Of a stretch of DNA of 64,000 nucleotides, positions 7,982 through 18,190 are shown in pieces; position 1 is the stretch's first letter; every line of letters starts with the position of its first letter. The stretch spans positions 16,265 through 80,264 of the IMG/VR virus record IMGVR_UViG_3300047409_000726; one strand, 5' to 3'. Under the pieces are notes generated by a model, which did no database searches, was not told the DNA's origin, and worked only from the letters and a program-made list of their open reading frames with translations. A program made the translations under genes and the position numbers. Source of the DNA: a virus.

Positions 7982-10339
7982 GTGTTTTGTCGCTCGTTTG
8001 GAATACCCACCACGCGATTTAAATTGAAAATGCCCGACTTTAAAGAAGCAGAACCGTCGCACGTCTCTCCGCCCGTCGTCGTGTCGGCCATCGACCAGTT
8101 ACGGTCTTATCAGAAGCGCGATTACCGTGACGTGCTTGCGCGTTGTGAGGCGGTGCGTCGTGTCTTGTACGTTGCGTTCATGGGTTCCGGTAAGACAGTG
8201 CTCGCGGCGGCGTTGATTCGCACGTGGGTTGCTCGTGGCGAACACATTCTCATCTTGACGCACACGCGAGAGATTCTTCGACAGACGCACGACAAGTTGT
8301 TGAGCGCCGGCATTCCGGAAGAACAGATCGGGTGGATCTGGCGAGATCACGTCCGAACGAATTCGAAGGCGTTGATTCAGCTCGCGAGCCTCGACACTCT
8401 CGTGCGACGAGATTTTCCGAAAGGGATCACACGCATCGTCATCGACGAGGCCCATCACGCAACCGCGCAAAAGTGGCGCGGCGTGCTCGATGCTTACCCG
8501 GAAGCTCGTGTGCTCGGGCTCACAGGAACGCCGGTGCGTTTGGACGGGCAACCGCTTGGCGCCGTGTTCGAAGAGATGATCGAAAGCGAGCCGGTTGAAA
8601 GTTTGATCGAACAAGGTTGGATCGCACGTCCTTCGTATTGGACGCCGATGTGGAATGTCGAACTACCGCGCCGTTCCGGACAAGACTTCGGTGATCTTGT
8701 TGCTGCGGAGATGATACCGCATGCGAGAGTGCTCGAGAGCATGGTCGCGGAGTATTCGAAGCACGCCGCCGGGTTGCCGGCACTTGGCTTCGCCGCCACT
8801 CGCGAAAAGGCCGAGCAGTACGCAGCACACTTCACTGCGTCCGGCATTCCGGCTGATACCCTCTTCGGTTCGGACACGGATCTTAAACGACAAGGGACGT
8901 TGGCGCGTCTCCGTAAAAGAGCGCTTCGTGTGCTCTGGACATGCAACGTGTTAGGCGAAGGTTGGGATTACCCTGGACTTCGTTGCGTGATGCTCGCGCG
9001 CCCGACGTTGTCGATCGCGCGGTACCTTCAACAAGTTGCGCGATGCATGCGTCCTGGGGATCCGCCTGTGGTGCTCGACTTGTGGGGGGCATGGAATGTT
9101 TTCAGCCCGCCTTGGTCCGATTTCGGATGGAGCTTAGAGGCAAAAGCGCGCAGAAGATTGTATAAAGGCGAGCGTAGTACCGACGGCGAGGTGACGTGGC
9201 TACCTCCTGTTGAGGTCGAAGGGCAACTTGTGCGTGCGGATACGTTGGTGCAGACACCGTGTTCGGTGTGTGGTGCGCCAGCAACTCGTGCGAGCGCGGC
9301 AAATGCGGCGATTGGAAAAAATAAACCGTACTGTGCGGCGCACGCTAGAGGTTTGAATTACGGTCTTCCGCCGCTCCCGTGTGCGATTTGTGGTGAGCCG
9401 GCAACTAAAATGAGTTCACAGAATGCGCGAGCTAAGGGCGGCGCACGGAAGCCTTACTGCGAGAAACACAAAGGCGGTCTTCTTACGAAAATTACGCGGC
9501 TTCCGTGTGCGGTCTGTGGTGCGCCCGCAACTCTTAACAGCACAAAGATGTCTCTCAACAGAGGCGACAAGCCGTACTGCGTGCAGCACAAAGGAGGGCC
9601 TTCCGCAAAACTTCCACTGCTCCCGTGCACGATCTGTGGCGCGCCTGCGATTAAGAGTAGTTCACAGAATGCGCGGCTGCGCGGGCAAAAGCCATATTGC
9701 GAGAAACACAAAGGCGGCCCCTCCGCAAAACTCCCGCCGCTCCCGTGTGGGATCTGTGGGAAACCGACATCGCGCATCGCTTCGTTGAGCGCTCGGTCTC
9801 GTGGTGGAAAGGCGTATTGTAAAGAGCACCGTTACGGCGGCCGCAAAACTTCCCAAAACTTCCCGTTACTTCCGTGTGCGATCTGCGGGAAGCCGGCTAC
9901 TAAGATGAGTTCGGAAACTGCGCGACTTCAAGGGCACAGACCGTATTGTAGCGACCACAAGGCAGGCTCACATCCGTTACTTACTTGTGCTATTTGTGGG
10001 AAACCAGCTAGTAAAGGCAGCTCTAACAGCGCACGATACAGAGGGGGCGGTGCGAAAGCGTATTGTAAAGAGCACAGGAAAGGGCCCGTAGCGCCTAAGC
10101 CGTTACTTCCTTGCGCGATCTGCGGAGAGCCAGCGACCAAAAGCAGTTCGTTGCAAGCAGGCTACGAAGGGCGCAAGTCGTATTGTGAGAAACACAAAGG
10201 AGGAGGCCACAAACCCCCGTTACTTCCTTGCGCGATCTGTGGGGCGGTGACGAACAGCCGGAATTCGACAGCCGCGCGTTACAGAGGCGGCAAAGCATAT
10301 TGCGTGAAGCACAAGTACGGACGGAACGCGGATGCCTGA
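7982..10339 (+). CDS. SF2 (DEAH) helicase with nine C-terminal CxxC...YCxxH repeats; start may be at 8030
   Basis: GSGKT, IDEAHH, GLTGTP, GWDYP, QQVARCMRP. Confidence 0.85.
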   Translation: MFCRSFGIPTTRFKLKMPDFKEAEPSHVSPPVVVSAIDQLRSYQKRDYRDVLARCEAVRRVLYVAFMGSGKTVLAAALIRTWVARGEHILILTHTREILRQTHDKLLSAGIPEEQIGWIWRDHVRTNSKALIQLASLDTLVRRDFPKGITRIVIDEAHHATAQKWRGVLDAYPEARVLGLTGTPVRLDGQPLGAVFEEMIESEPVESLIEQGWIARPSYWTPMWNVELPRRSGQDFGDLVAAEMIPHARVLESMVAEYSKHAAGLPALGFAATREKAEQYAAHFTASGIPADTLFGSDTDLKRQGTLARLRKRALRVLWTCNVLGEGWDYPGLRCVMLARPTLSIARYLQQVARCMRPGDPPVVLDLWGAWNVFSPPWSDFGWSLEAKARRRLYKGERSTDGEVTWLPPVEVEGQLVRADTLVQTPCSVCGAPATRASAANAAIGKNKPYCAAHARGLNYGLPPLPCAICGEPATKMSSQNARAKGGARKPYCEKHKGGLLTKITRLPCAVCGAPATLNSTKMSLNRGDKPYCVQHKGGPSAKLPLLPCTICGAPAIKSSSQNARLRGQKPYCEKHKGGPSAKLPPLPCGICGKPTSRIASLSARSRGGKAYCKEHRYGGRKTSQNFPLLPCAICGKPATKMSSETARLQGHRPYCSDHKAGSHPLLTCAICGKPASKGSSNSARYRGGGAKAYCKEHRKGPVAPKPLLPCAICGEPATKSSSLQAGYEGRKSYCEKHKGGGHKPPLLPCAICGAVTNSRNSTAARYRGGKAYCVKHKYGRNADA
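9257..10320 (+). repeat. Nine tandem ~40-aa zinc-finger coding repeats
   Basis: PCxxCGxPAT...(K/R)(P/A/S)YCxxH repeated 9 times. Confidence 0.9.
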
Positions 10340-12113
10340 TCCCATCGACCTCTCCAACATCTTCGCTGCCGTTGCCGAAGCAACCAACGGCGCGCGGCGA
10401 GGTACGGCTCTCGGTAAGATTCGAGAAGCTGAAGGCGTAAGACACACGCCCGAGCTCGATAGGATCATCATGATCCCACGGCGTGTGCCCCTCACGCCCG
10501 ACGAGGAAGCCGAACAGATCGATCTGCTCACGAATCATCTCCGCACGCCGGGCGGGACGATGCGGCTCCGCCCGGTGCAGTCCCAAGCTCTCTACGAGAT
10601 GCACGACTACGGTGGCCTCTTCGGGCCCATCCGAGTCTCCGGCGGCAAGACGCTCATCTCCCTCCTCGCGCCGCTCGTGCTCGAGGCGCAGCGGCCGATG
10701 CTCATCGTCCCCGCTGCCTTGATCGAAAAGACACGCACCGAAGCCAGCAAGCTTGCTCAGCACTGGAAGCTCCCGCCGTTCCTTCACATCGTGAGCTACC
10801 AAGCGCTTGGCCGTGTCTCTGGTGCGGAGACGCTCGAGAAGGCAAACCCTGACCTCATCATCTGCGACGAGGCGCACAAGCTCAAGAACAAGCGCGCTGC
10901 CGTCACGAAGCGTGTCGCCAGGTATATGCACGACCACCCCGAGACGCGCATGGTCATATTGACCGGCACGATCTCGAAGCGTTCGCTTCATGACTTCTCG
11001 CACCTTTTGCTCTGGTCTTTGAAGCTCCGAACACCACTTCCGCGGCACTGGACCGAGCTCGAGGCGTGGGCGCTTGCGCTCGACGAGCGACCGAATTCAG
11101 TTGTGCCGCCGCTCTACCCGGGGGCGATTTTGAAGCTTGCGACCGAGGAAGACACTGGTGGCGCGACAGAGCGGGCGCGCAAAGCAGTGCGACGTCGGAT
11201 CAATGGCACGCCCGGTGTCGTGACGGCTTCCGGTCCGGGTTGTGACGTGAGTCTTCGGGTGCAAGGGCACATCGTCGAGACGTTGGAAGTGACCGAGGAA
11301 GCGTTTGACCGACTTCGTTCGAAATGGGAAACGCCCGATGGTTGGCCGCTCTCTGACGGGTTTGCGATTTGGCGACACGCACGCGAGCTCGCTTTAGGGT
11401 TTTATTATCGATGGGAAGTTCGACCGCCCGACGAATGGCTCGAGGCGCGGAAAGCCTGGTCGGCGTTTTGTCGGAAAGTTCTTGGAAGTAATCAACGCCG
11501 GCTCGATTCCGAGATGCAGGTTGCGCTCGCGTGCAAGGATCATCCTGAATGGTACGGTGACCAAGAGTACAAGGCGTGGGTCGCGATTCGTGACACGTTC
11601 AAACCGAAGACCGTTGCGGTGCCGTTCGACGACTCGGTTCTGGAGTACTGCCAAGAGTGGTCCAAGCACGGCGGACTCATCTGGTGCGAGCACATTGATT
11701 TTGCGAACCGGCTCTCGTCCATGACGGGCATTCCGTACTTCGCTGGTGAAGGTCTCGATGCGCACGGAAATTCGATCGAGACCTACGACGGTACGACGGC
11801 GATTCTTTCGATCGAGGCGAATCGAGAGGGTCGGAACCTTCAACGGTTTTCGAGAAATCTCGTGAGTTCGGTACCGCAGCAGGGCGACCGAATGCAGCAG
11901 CTCCTCGCGCGTACGCATCGTGACGGGCAAGAAGCCGATGAAGTGATCTGCGACATCGTAGTCTCGTGCGCCGAGCACGTTGAGGCGATGCACATCATGC
12001 AGAGCGACGCGCGCTACCAAGAGGACATCACCGGAGATCATCAGAAACTTTTGCTCGCGGACATCGTCGTGCCGAACACGATGCACTTGAAAGGAGCGGT
12101 TTGGAACAGATGA
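10332..12113 (+). CDS. SNF2-like SF2 helicase
   Basis: LRPVQ, SGGKT, CDEAHKLKN, LTGT, EGRNLQ, QLLARTHR. Confidence 0.8.
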   Translation: MPDPIDLSNIFAAVAEATNGARRGTALGKIREAEGVRHTPELDRIIMIPRRVPLTPDEEAEQIDLLTNHLRTPGGTMRLRPVQSQALYEMHDYGGLFGPIRVSGGKTLISLLAPLVLEAQRPMLIVPAALIEKTRTEASKLAQHWKLPPFLHIVSYQALGRVSGAETLEKANPDLIICDEAHKLKNKRAAVTKRVARYMHDHPETRMVILTGTISKRSLHDFSHLLLWSLKLRTPLPRHWTELEAWALALDERPNSVVPPLYPGAILKLATEEDTGGATERARKAVRRRINGTPGVVTASGPGCDVSLRVQGHIVETLEVTEEAFDRLRSKWETPDGWPLSDGFAIWRHARELALGFYYRWEVRPPDEWLEARKAWSAFCRKVLGSNQRRLDSEMQVALACKDHPEWYGDQEYKAWVAIRDTFKPKTVAVPFDDSVLEYCQEWSKHGGLIWCEHIDFANRLSSMTGIPYFAGEGLDAHGNSIETYDGTTAILSIEANREGRNLQRFSRNLVSSVPQQGDRMQQLLARTHRDGQEADEVICDIVVSCAEHVEAMHIMQSDARYQEDITGDHQKLLLADIVVPNTMHLKGAVWNR

Positions 12114-12125
12114 AGGAAAACTGAT

Positions 12126-12191
12126 CGTGAGCTAGGCACGAACGGGGCGACACCTCTCAGGAGGCATCTGACGTTTCGTGCCTAGCTCGCG
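12126..12191 (+). promoter_or_regulatory. 17-bp stem-loop in the leader of the SSB-like gene
   Basis: cgtgagctaggcacgaa pairs with ttcgtgcctagctcgcg (one G-U). Confidence 0.6.
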
Positions 12192-12227
12192 GGAATTTTT
12201 CCCGTCTACGAAAAGGAATATCAAAAC

Positions 12228-12989
12228 ATGCCCCCCATCGATTGGTCCCAAATTGGAGCTGCGCCGATTTTCGAACGTGGAAACTACTTCAACCCAGGAA
12301 GGTACAAGCTCCGCTTGCTTCGGTGCCTGAGCAAGCAGACGCAAAAAGTTGGAGTGGCGTTCATCGCCGAATTCGAAGTCTTGGAGAGCGACAACCCCGC
12401 GCACCAGATCGGGAGCAAGGGGACGTACTTCGTCAAGATGGCTCAACAGCAGCAAGCGTTTTCCAACATCCTCGAGATGATGGCGGCGCTTCTCGGATTC
12501 GATATCACGAACAAAGAACACGTTACGCAAATCGATCAGCAACTGAGGCCCCAGCTTGCGGGGCTCATGACGGCGCTCGAGACGCAGGGCACGGCCGTGC
12601 TCGGCGGACGCGAGACGATTTCCGTCGAGTGTCGGATCACGCTGACCAAACAGCAGAGGGAGTTCACGCTTCACGTGTGGACGCCGTGGACACCTCCGCC
12701 AGGTTGGCAGCCTGTTCCGACGCCGGCACAGGCGCAGATGCCTCAGAGGTCAGCGGCGCAACCCGTCGCTCAGCCTCAGGGGTATCCGGCTGCGTACGCC
12801 CCACCGGCGTTTGCGCAGCCCGCGCTGGCGCAACAGGCGCCTCAGCAACCGCCGGGGTTCGCTCCGGCACCGATGCAGGCGCCTCAGCAACAGGCGTTTG
12901 CTCCGGCACCTCAGCAGATGCAAGCCCCCTACGGACAACCCGCCATGCCCCCGGCTGGCGCGTTGCCTCCGTGGATGACTCCTCGGTGA
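12228..12989 (+). CDS. Probable single-stranded DNA-binding protein with Pro/Gln tail
   Basis: Beta-rich N-terminus, low-complexity tail, position between helicase and polymerase, good RBS. Confidence 0.5.
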   Translation: MPPIDWSQIGAAPIFERGNYFNPGRYKLRLLRCLSKQTQKVGVAFIAEFEVLESDNPAHQIGSKGTYFVKMAQQQQAFSNILEMMAALLGFDITNKEHVTQIDQQLRPQLAGLMTALETQGTAVLGGRETISVECRITLTKQQREFTLHVWTPWTPPPGWQPVPTPAQAQMPQRSAAQPVAQPQGYPAAYAPPAFAQPALAQQAPQQPPGFAPAPMQAPQQQAFAPAPQQMQAPYGQPAMPPAGALPPWMTPR

Positions 12990-13000
12990 AGTGAAAGAGA

Positions 13001-13038
13001 GCCCCGCTCCGGTGCCCGGCCGGAGCGGGGCGAGTTTT
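13001..13038 (+). terminator. Terminator-like hairpin
   Basis: gccccgctccgg / ccggagcggggc 12-bp stem followed by gagtttt. Confidence 0.6.
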
Positions 13039-13040
13039 CG

Positions 13041-14894
13041 ATGCAGTCCTTCGACACTGAAACCTTCCTCATCACCGACGGCAACCTTGCCCCGGATCTC
13101 GTGTGCATTTCTTTCGCCGGGCCCGACTACGTTGCCGAGCTTTACCACGCGATCGACGGCTCTCCGACGTTCCGCGCGATGGCCGACTGCGCCTTGGCCA
13201 AGAACACTCCGGTGATTGGTGCGAACACCGCCTACGACATGGGCGTCATGCTTGCGCACGATCCGTCGCTCGCTGATCGGATCTGGACGCTCTACGACCA
13301 AGGGCTCGTGCGCGACGTGATCATGCGTCAGAAGATGATCGATATCGCGAAAGGTTGCTACGGCGGATTCAGGCGCGGTGAAGACGGCAAGGCGTACAAG
13401 ATCGGGTACAGCCTGGCCGATCTCACGAAGCGGCACTTGGGTCATGAGCTCGACAAGGGTGCGGACACCTGGCGTCTCAGGTACTCGGAGCTCTACGAGG
13501 TGCCTTTGCCTGAATGGCCAGCGGAGGCGCAAGGGTATGCCAAGGACGACGCGGTCGCGACGGTCGCCGTCTATCAGGCACAGGAGGCCGACGCGGCGCT
13601 GCTCCTCGACGAGCCGGCACGGTGCCGCACGGCGTGGATGCTCCACCTCATGTCCTGCTACGGGATCAAAACGGATCCGGAAGCCGTCGCCGCGTTCGTT
13701 CGGGCCACAGAGAAGAGCGTCGAAGAACTCAAAGCCGTTCTAGTAAATTGGGGCTTAGTACGTCCAAGCGGCACGCGAGACACGAAAGCTGCGAAGGCTC
13801 TTATGGTCAGCGTGTGCGCGGCCAAGGGTTTGGAGATCGTAAAAACCGACGGCGGTGACGTCGCCCTCGACGACGCGACGTGCAAGAAGACAGGTGATCC
13901 TGTTCTCACCGCTTACGCAAACTTCTCGAGCCTTGCGAAAGTCGTTTCGACTGACATCCCGATCCTTCTCAAAGGCGTCGACACGCCGATTCAGACTCGT
14001 TTCGAACCGCTTCTAGAAACCGGTCGCACGTCGTCGAGCGCGCCCAATATTCAGAACATCAAGCGCCTGGTCGGGATGCGCGAGTGCTTTCGGCCTCGTC
14101 CTGGGTACGTCTTCGTCGACGCGGACTACGCGATGCTTGAGCTATGCACGTGGGCGCAGACGTGTCTCTGGGCCTTGGGGTACTCGAGGCTCGCGGAAGT
14201 TCTGAACGCCGGTGACGATCCGCACTTGGCCTTCGCGGCTCAGATCCTTGGCATCACCTACGATGAAGCGAAGGCGCGACGTAAGGGCGGTGACAAGGAA
14301 GTCGAGCAACGACGTCTCGTGGCGAAGGTCGGAAACTTCGGTTTCCCTGGCGGCCTCGGCAAAGACAGTTTCGTCGAATACGCCGCGTCTTCGTACAAGG
14401 TGAGCATCACCGTTGAGAAAGCCGCGGAGCTGAAGAGTTTCTGGCTAGCACAATGGCCAGAAGCCCGAGCGTACTTCGATTGGATTGCGAAGAAAGAACA
14501 GGACAGCGGAATTTCGATGCAGCGCTTCGTCGTTGGATCGTGGCGCTCCGGTATGCGGTACACGGTCGCGTGCAACGACCCGTTTCAGAGTCTCGGTGCG
14601 ACGGCCGCGACGTGGGCCGGTTACGATCTCGCGCGGGCCTGCTACTACGAGCGAGACCATATTCTCTTCGGCTCGCGGCCCGTGAACTTCATCCATGACC
14701 AATACCTCGTCGAAGTACTCGACGACTACTACGCGCACGATCGCGCGATGGCCGTGGCGAGCATCATGGTCGCGGCGGCGAAGCGAGCGATCCCTGACGT
14801 GACGCCGAAGGTCGAGCCTCTCTTGTGTAGGTACTGGAGCAAGGACGCGAAAGAAGTCTTCAAGGACGGGAGGCTCGTGCCGTGGCCCTCATAG
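13041..14894 (+). CDS. polA: Family A DNA polymerase with 3'-5' exonuclease domain
   Basis: FDTET, YAKDDA, TGRTSS, NIQN, DADYAMLE, AKVGNFG, IHDQ. Confidence 0.92.
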   Translation: MQSFDTETFLITDGNLAPDLVCISFAGPDYVAELYHAIDGSPTFRAMADCALAKNTPVIGANTAYDMGVMLAHDPSLADRIWTLYDQGLVRDVIMRQKMIDIAKGCYGGFRRGEDGKAYKIGYSLADLTKRHLGHELDKGADTWRLRYSELYEVPLPEWPAEAQGYAKDDAVATVAVYQAQEADAALLLDEPARCRTAWMLHLMSCYGIKTDPEAVAAFVRATEKSVEELKAVLVNWGLVRPSGTRDTKAAKALMVSVCAAKGLEIVKTDGGDVALDDATCKKTGDPVLTAYANFSSLAKVVSTDIPILLKGVDTPIQTRFEPLLETGRTSSSAPNIQNIKRLVGMRECFRPRPGYVFVDADYAMLELCTWAQTCLWALGYSRLAEVLNAGDDPHLAFAAQILGITYDEAKARRKGGDKEVEQRRLVAKVGNFGFPGGLGKDSFVEYAASSYKVSITVEKAAELKSFWLAQWPEARAYFDWIAKKEQDSGISMQRFVVGSWRSGMRYTVACNDPFQSLGATAATWAGYDLARACYYERDHILFGSRPVNFIHDQYLVEVLDDYYAHDRAMAVASIMVAAAKRAIPDVTPKVEPLLCRYWSKDAKEVFKDGRLVPWPS

Positions 14895-15358
14895 CGATCG
14901 ATCCGGGCACGCGCGAACAGAACGCACACAAGTCTGCGGAGAAGACAGGCGTGGCAGTGTTTTTAGGAGGCGCACTAATTTTCGCGACAGCTTGCACAGT
15001 TGAAGAAGCTCTTCTCTCCATAAAAGACGCGATGATTGGTGCGGATGACGATTGCATCATTGAAGTTCCTCAAGTTTATCCAACACAACACCAGAAGAGC
15101 GATCAGAATGATCTGATTGCCCTAGCTGTTACGGTGGGCCGATATGTTGAGCGCGCGACGTCGTGTGGCTTCCGGATTAAGCTTGTCAAGCCTCGCGAGT
15201 GGAAGGGGCAGCTTCCTAAGGACGTGTGCTGGGAACGCGCTAAGGAAACTCTGACGCCGACGGAGCTCGCCACGATCCCCGAGCTTCCAAAATCTCACGC
15301 GCACAACATGTACGACGCAATCGGTCTCGGAACCTGGTTCCAGAAAAGGTGGAGATGA
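14882..15358 (+). CDS. RuvC-like Holliday junction resolvase
   Basis: IAIDPG, IIEVP, PREWKG, HNMYDAIGLG. Confidence 0.75.
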   Translation: MALIAIDPGTREQNAHKSAEKTGVAVFLGGALIFATACTVEEALLSIKDAMIGADDDCIIEVPQVYPTQHQKSDQNDLIALAVTVGRYVERATSCGFRIKLVKPREWKGQLPKDVCWERAKETLTPTELATIPELPKSHAHNMYDAIGLGTWFQKRWR

Positions 15359-15594
15359 AGGTGGCCAAGAAAACGATGACGCTCAAAGCGTGGTTCGAAA
15401 GCACGCTCCCGAAAGGCATGACAAAGACCGCCTACGCCCAGATTTTGGCAGATCGAGCGGGCGGCAAGATCGGAATGTCGACGATCTTGAACACCCTCAA
15501 GGGCCACAGGCTCACGAGCTACGCCAAAGGCAAGGCGATCAGCGATCTCACCGGTGGCAAGGTTCCGCTCACAGAAATCGTGGAAACATTATGA
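15355..15594 (+). CDS. HTH (Cro/XRE-like) protein
   Basis: Small helical protein ending ISDLTGGKV. Confidence 0.5.
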   Translation: MKVAKKTMTLKAWFESTLPKGMTKTAYAQILADRAGGKIGMSTILNTLKGHRLTSYAKGKAISDLTGGKVPLTEIVETL

Positions 15595-16190
15595 CCGCTA
15601 TTGAGCCTGTCGCAGTGGCAGACAGCGTTTGGCTTCGGCGCCCAAACGATCTTGAAAGCAAAGAAGCGCTCGCGGAGCTTTCGGCATCGCTTCAGGATCT
15701 TCCGTGCACGTCTCTCACGTACCCGGGAATTTGCGAAGCGCTCATCGAGGTCAAGGCGCGTGTGAAGAACTTGATCGCGCAGCGCGAGACGGTGCTCGGG
15801 CCGCTTCGAGAAGCAGAGCGCGCGGCGCGGGAGTGGTTCCGAGCTCCGCTCGAGACGTATCAGATGATCGAGAGCGTCTTGAAAGAACGTGTCGCCGGGT
15901 ATCAAGAAACGCTTCGTCAAGAGAAGCACGCGGCGATTGTCGCGGCCGGTCAGGCTCCGACACCGACGGCCATGGCGCAGCTCACGGCGCTCGCGACCCC
16001 TCCGACGCCGACGGCGATCACATTTCGGAAGACGTGGGAGGTCGAGATCACGGATCCGAACCTTGTGCCTCGGGAGTATCTACTCATCGACACGGCGGCA
16101 CTTCGGAAGGTTTGCGTGGCGACCAAAGGCCAGATCCAGGTGCCCGGTGTACGTTTCTTTCAGAAAGACGGCGTGGCGGTAGGCACGTGA
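15591..16190 (+). CDS. Coiled-coil phage protein (Gp157/Gam-like C-terminus)
   Basis: WEVEITDPNLVPREYL...IQVPGVRF. Confidence 0.6.
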   Translation: MTAIEPVAVADSVWLRRPNDLESKEALAELSASLQDLPCTSLTYPGICEALIEVKARVKNLIAQRETVLGPLREAERAAREWFRAPLETYQMIESVLKERVAGYQETLRQEKHAAIVAAGQAPTPTAMAQLTALATPPTPTAITFRKTWEVEITDPNLVPREYLLIDTAALRKVCVATKGQIQVPGVRFFQKDGVAVGT

Positions 16191-16465
16191 GCTACGACTC
16201 CGAAGAACTCCAGATCGGCATCCTCGAGACGTTCGCGAGTACCGCGGCCCTCAGCCGGTACAAGGCTGACTTCGGGGAGCTCCCGGCCCGCACCCGGAAG
16301 TCGAAAGCACGCGCCGGATCGCTCGGCCCCGGCATCAACACTCAGGAGTCCTGGCAGAAGATGGTCACGGAGAGGATCAAGAGAGGGCACGTGTGCTGCC
16401 CACATTGCGGCGCCATCGCGCCTTCGCACCGTTGTCCGGTCTTCATCGTGGGGGTGTCGACGTGA
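16187..16465 (+). CDS. Hypothetical protein with C-terminal Cys motif
   Basis: GTG start overlaps upstream stop; CPHCG...HRC. Confidence 0.5.
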   Translation: MSYDSEELQIGILETFASTAALSRYKADFGELPARTRKSKARAGSLGPGINTQESWQKMVTERIKRGHVCCPHCGAIAPSHRCPVFIVGVST

Positions 16466-16903
16466 AGAAGCAGCAGGTGGTCGTGCGGCAATACGGACGA
16501 AAGATGAATGGTCCCTGGCATCTCGTGCGCGACGACACGTTCACCATTTGTGGGAAAAGCCCAGCGCGTCTGCGCCTGCAAACAGTGACGACGCTCGGGC
16601 CGCTTAACATTTACCGGATATGCGTTCGCTGCGAGCACGTGGTCAGCGCTACCGGCACCACCCGACTAGCAAAGCCATGACGACGCTCTCGAGGCGCGAT
16701 CTCTGGAAGCTTCGCGTGTACTACGCCAAGCAAGTGCTTCTCGGCCGTGGCTGGGTGTACTGGGAGCTCTTCGTGTACGCGATGCGCCGATCACCTGGCG
16801 TGGACACCTCGACGCCAGGACTCTGCGGCGCGTGCTCTGCTGGCAAGCACGAAGACTGCTCTAACTGGTGCTACTGCAACTGCGAATTTAACCGGGAGTA
16901 AAC

Positions 16904-17377
16904 ATGAAGAGCATCGTTCAAGATTGGGCCTGCAAGCTCGGGCTTCGTCACCAGGGCGTCTTGATGACAGCGATCCGTGGTTGCGACGGGCTCGAGAAGA
17001 ACCACATCTCCAAGCGTGTCGCGCGACAGCTTCGCGCCGACGTTCTCAATTCTCACGTCGGCGATCCTCGAAAGTCGCGGTCGTTCATCCAAGTTTTCGA
17101 CGAGGGCGTCTTCACCGACATGATCGAGGAGCTCACGAGCGAGCTCGACGTTTACCCGCTCCACTACATCATGCACCTCGCGCACGCGGCAGAGGTGCTC
17201 GGATACAAGCACCCGGACCTAAACACGAACACGCGATGGCGGATCCTCTACTTTCGGGTCTGCAAGCGGCTGCACGTGAATCCGGAAACGGAAGAACAAC
17301 TCGATCGCCGCCTCGGTGCTTCCGAGGAAGAGTTTGCGGCGGACGGGAACAACGTGAACGATCTCATCCCTAACTGA
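16904..17377 (+). CDS. Conserved-looking phage hypothetical protein
   Basis: RBS GGAG; SIVQDW...HQGVLMTAIRGCDG...LHVNPET. Confidence 0.65.
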   Translation: MKSIVQDWACKLGLRHQGVLMTAIRGCDGLEKNHISKRVARQLRADVLNSHVGDPRKSRSFIQVFDEGVFTDMIEELTSELDVYPLHYIMHLAHAAEVLGYKHPDLNTNTRWRILYFRVCKRLHVNPETEEQLDRRLGASEEEFAADGNNVNDLIPN

Positions 17378-17400
17378 AAGGAAACCATGAAGAAGCCCAA

Positions 17401-17826
17401 GTGGGAATGATGTCGAAGAGCCCGAGCCCGCAGAAGAAGCCCTGTCCGCAAGTCCACCCGAACGGCGAGCGCTGCGCTCTCGAAGCCGGGCACGAAGGCA
17501 ATCACCAACTCTCGTACGCGCATCGGTGTCACGCCCGTGGTTGCGCCGCTCGCGTTCGCCCAGAGATGTTGATGTGTCGTTCGTGTTGGTTCCGTGTCCC
17601 TAGGCGGATTCAGAGCGCCGTCTATGCCGCCTACCGCCGCGGCCAGTGCGACGACATGAACCCAAGTGAGTCTTGGCACGAAGCGGCCGACGCGGCGATC
17701 GGCTACGTCGCGACGCTCGACGACGAGCCGTTACGTGTCTCGGAGATGAACGCTTTGAGGAAGTTCGGATACATGGTTCAGGAATCGAACGGCGGGCTCA
17801 GGGCTGTGCTCGTCGGGAGGGCGTAG
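17401..17826 (+). CDS. Cys/His zinc-finger protein
   Basis: CALEAGHEGNH; HRCHARGC...LMCRSCW. Confidence 0.55.
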   Translation: MGMMSKSPSPQKKPCPQVHPNGERCALEAGHEGNHQLSYAHRCHARGCAARVRPEMLMCRSCWFRVPRRIQSAVYAAYRRGQCDDMNPSESWHEAADAAIGYVATLDDEPLRVSEMNALRKFGYMVQESNGGLRAVLVGRA

Positions 17827-18190
17827 GCGATGTCTCCTCTCGTGTTGATAGTTCTCGAGTGCGATGAGTGCTCTAGAACGACCAAAGGATCAGCGCGAAT
17901 TCGGGTCGCCGAAAACGGAATCGAGATCGAGTACTACGATATCTGCGTTGTCAGGGGCAGCGATTGGTTGTTCGAGGAGTTGTTTCAAAGAGCGTTTTGT
18001 CCGAAGCACGGGAAAGAGAGACGAAAACGATGACACGTCGAAGCGACATGATGCTCGAGGACATCTTCGGGTGCGACCACACGCCGGAGACGCCTATCGT
18101 CGACGATTCGGGTGAGATTCTCTACTGGGTGTGTCGTTGTGGGAAGATGCATTCGGTACCTGAGAAAACCGCTCAAGAAAAGGAAGAGCC

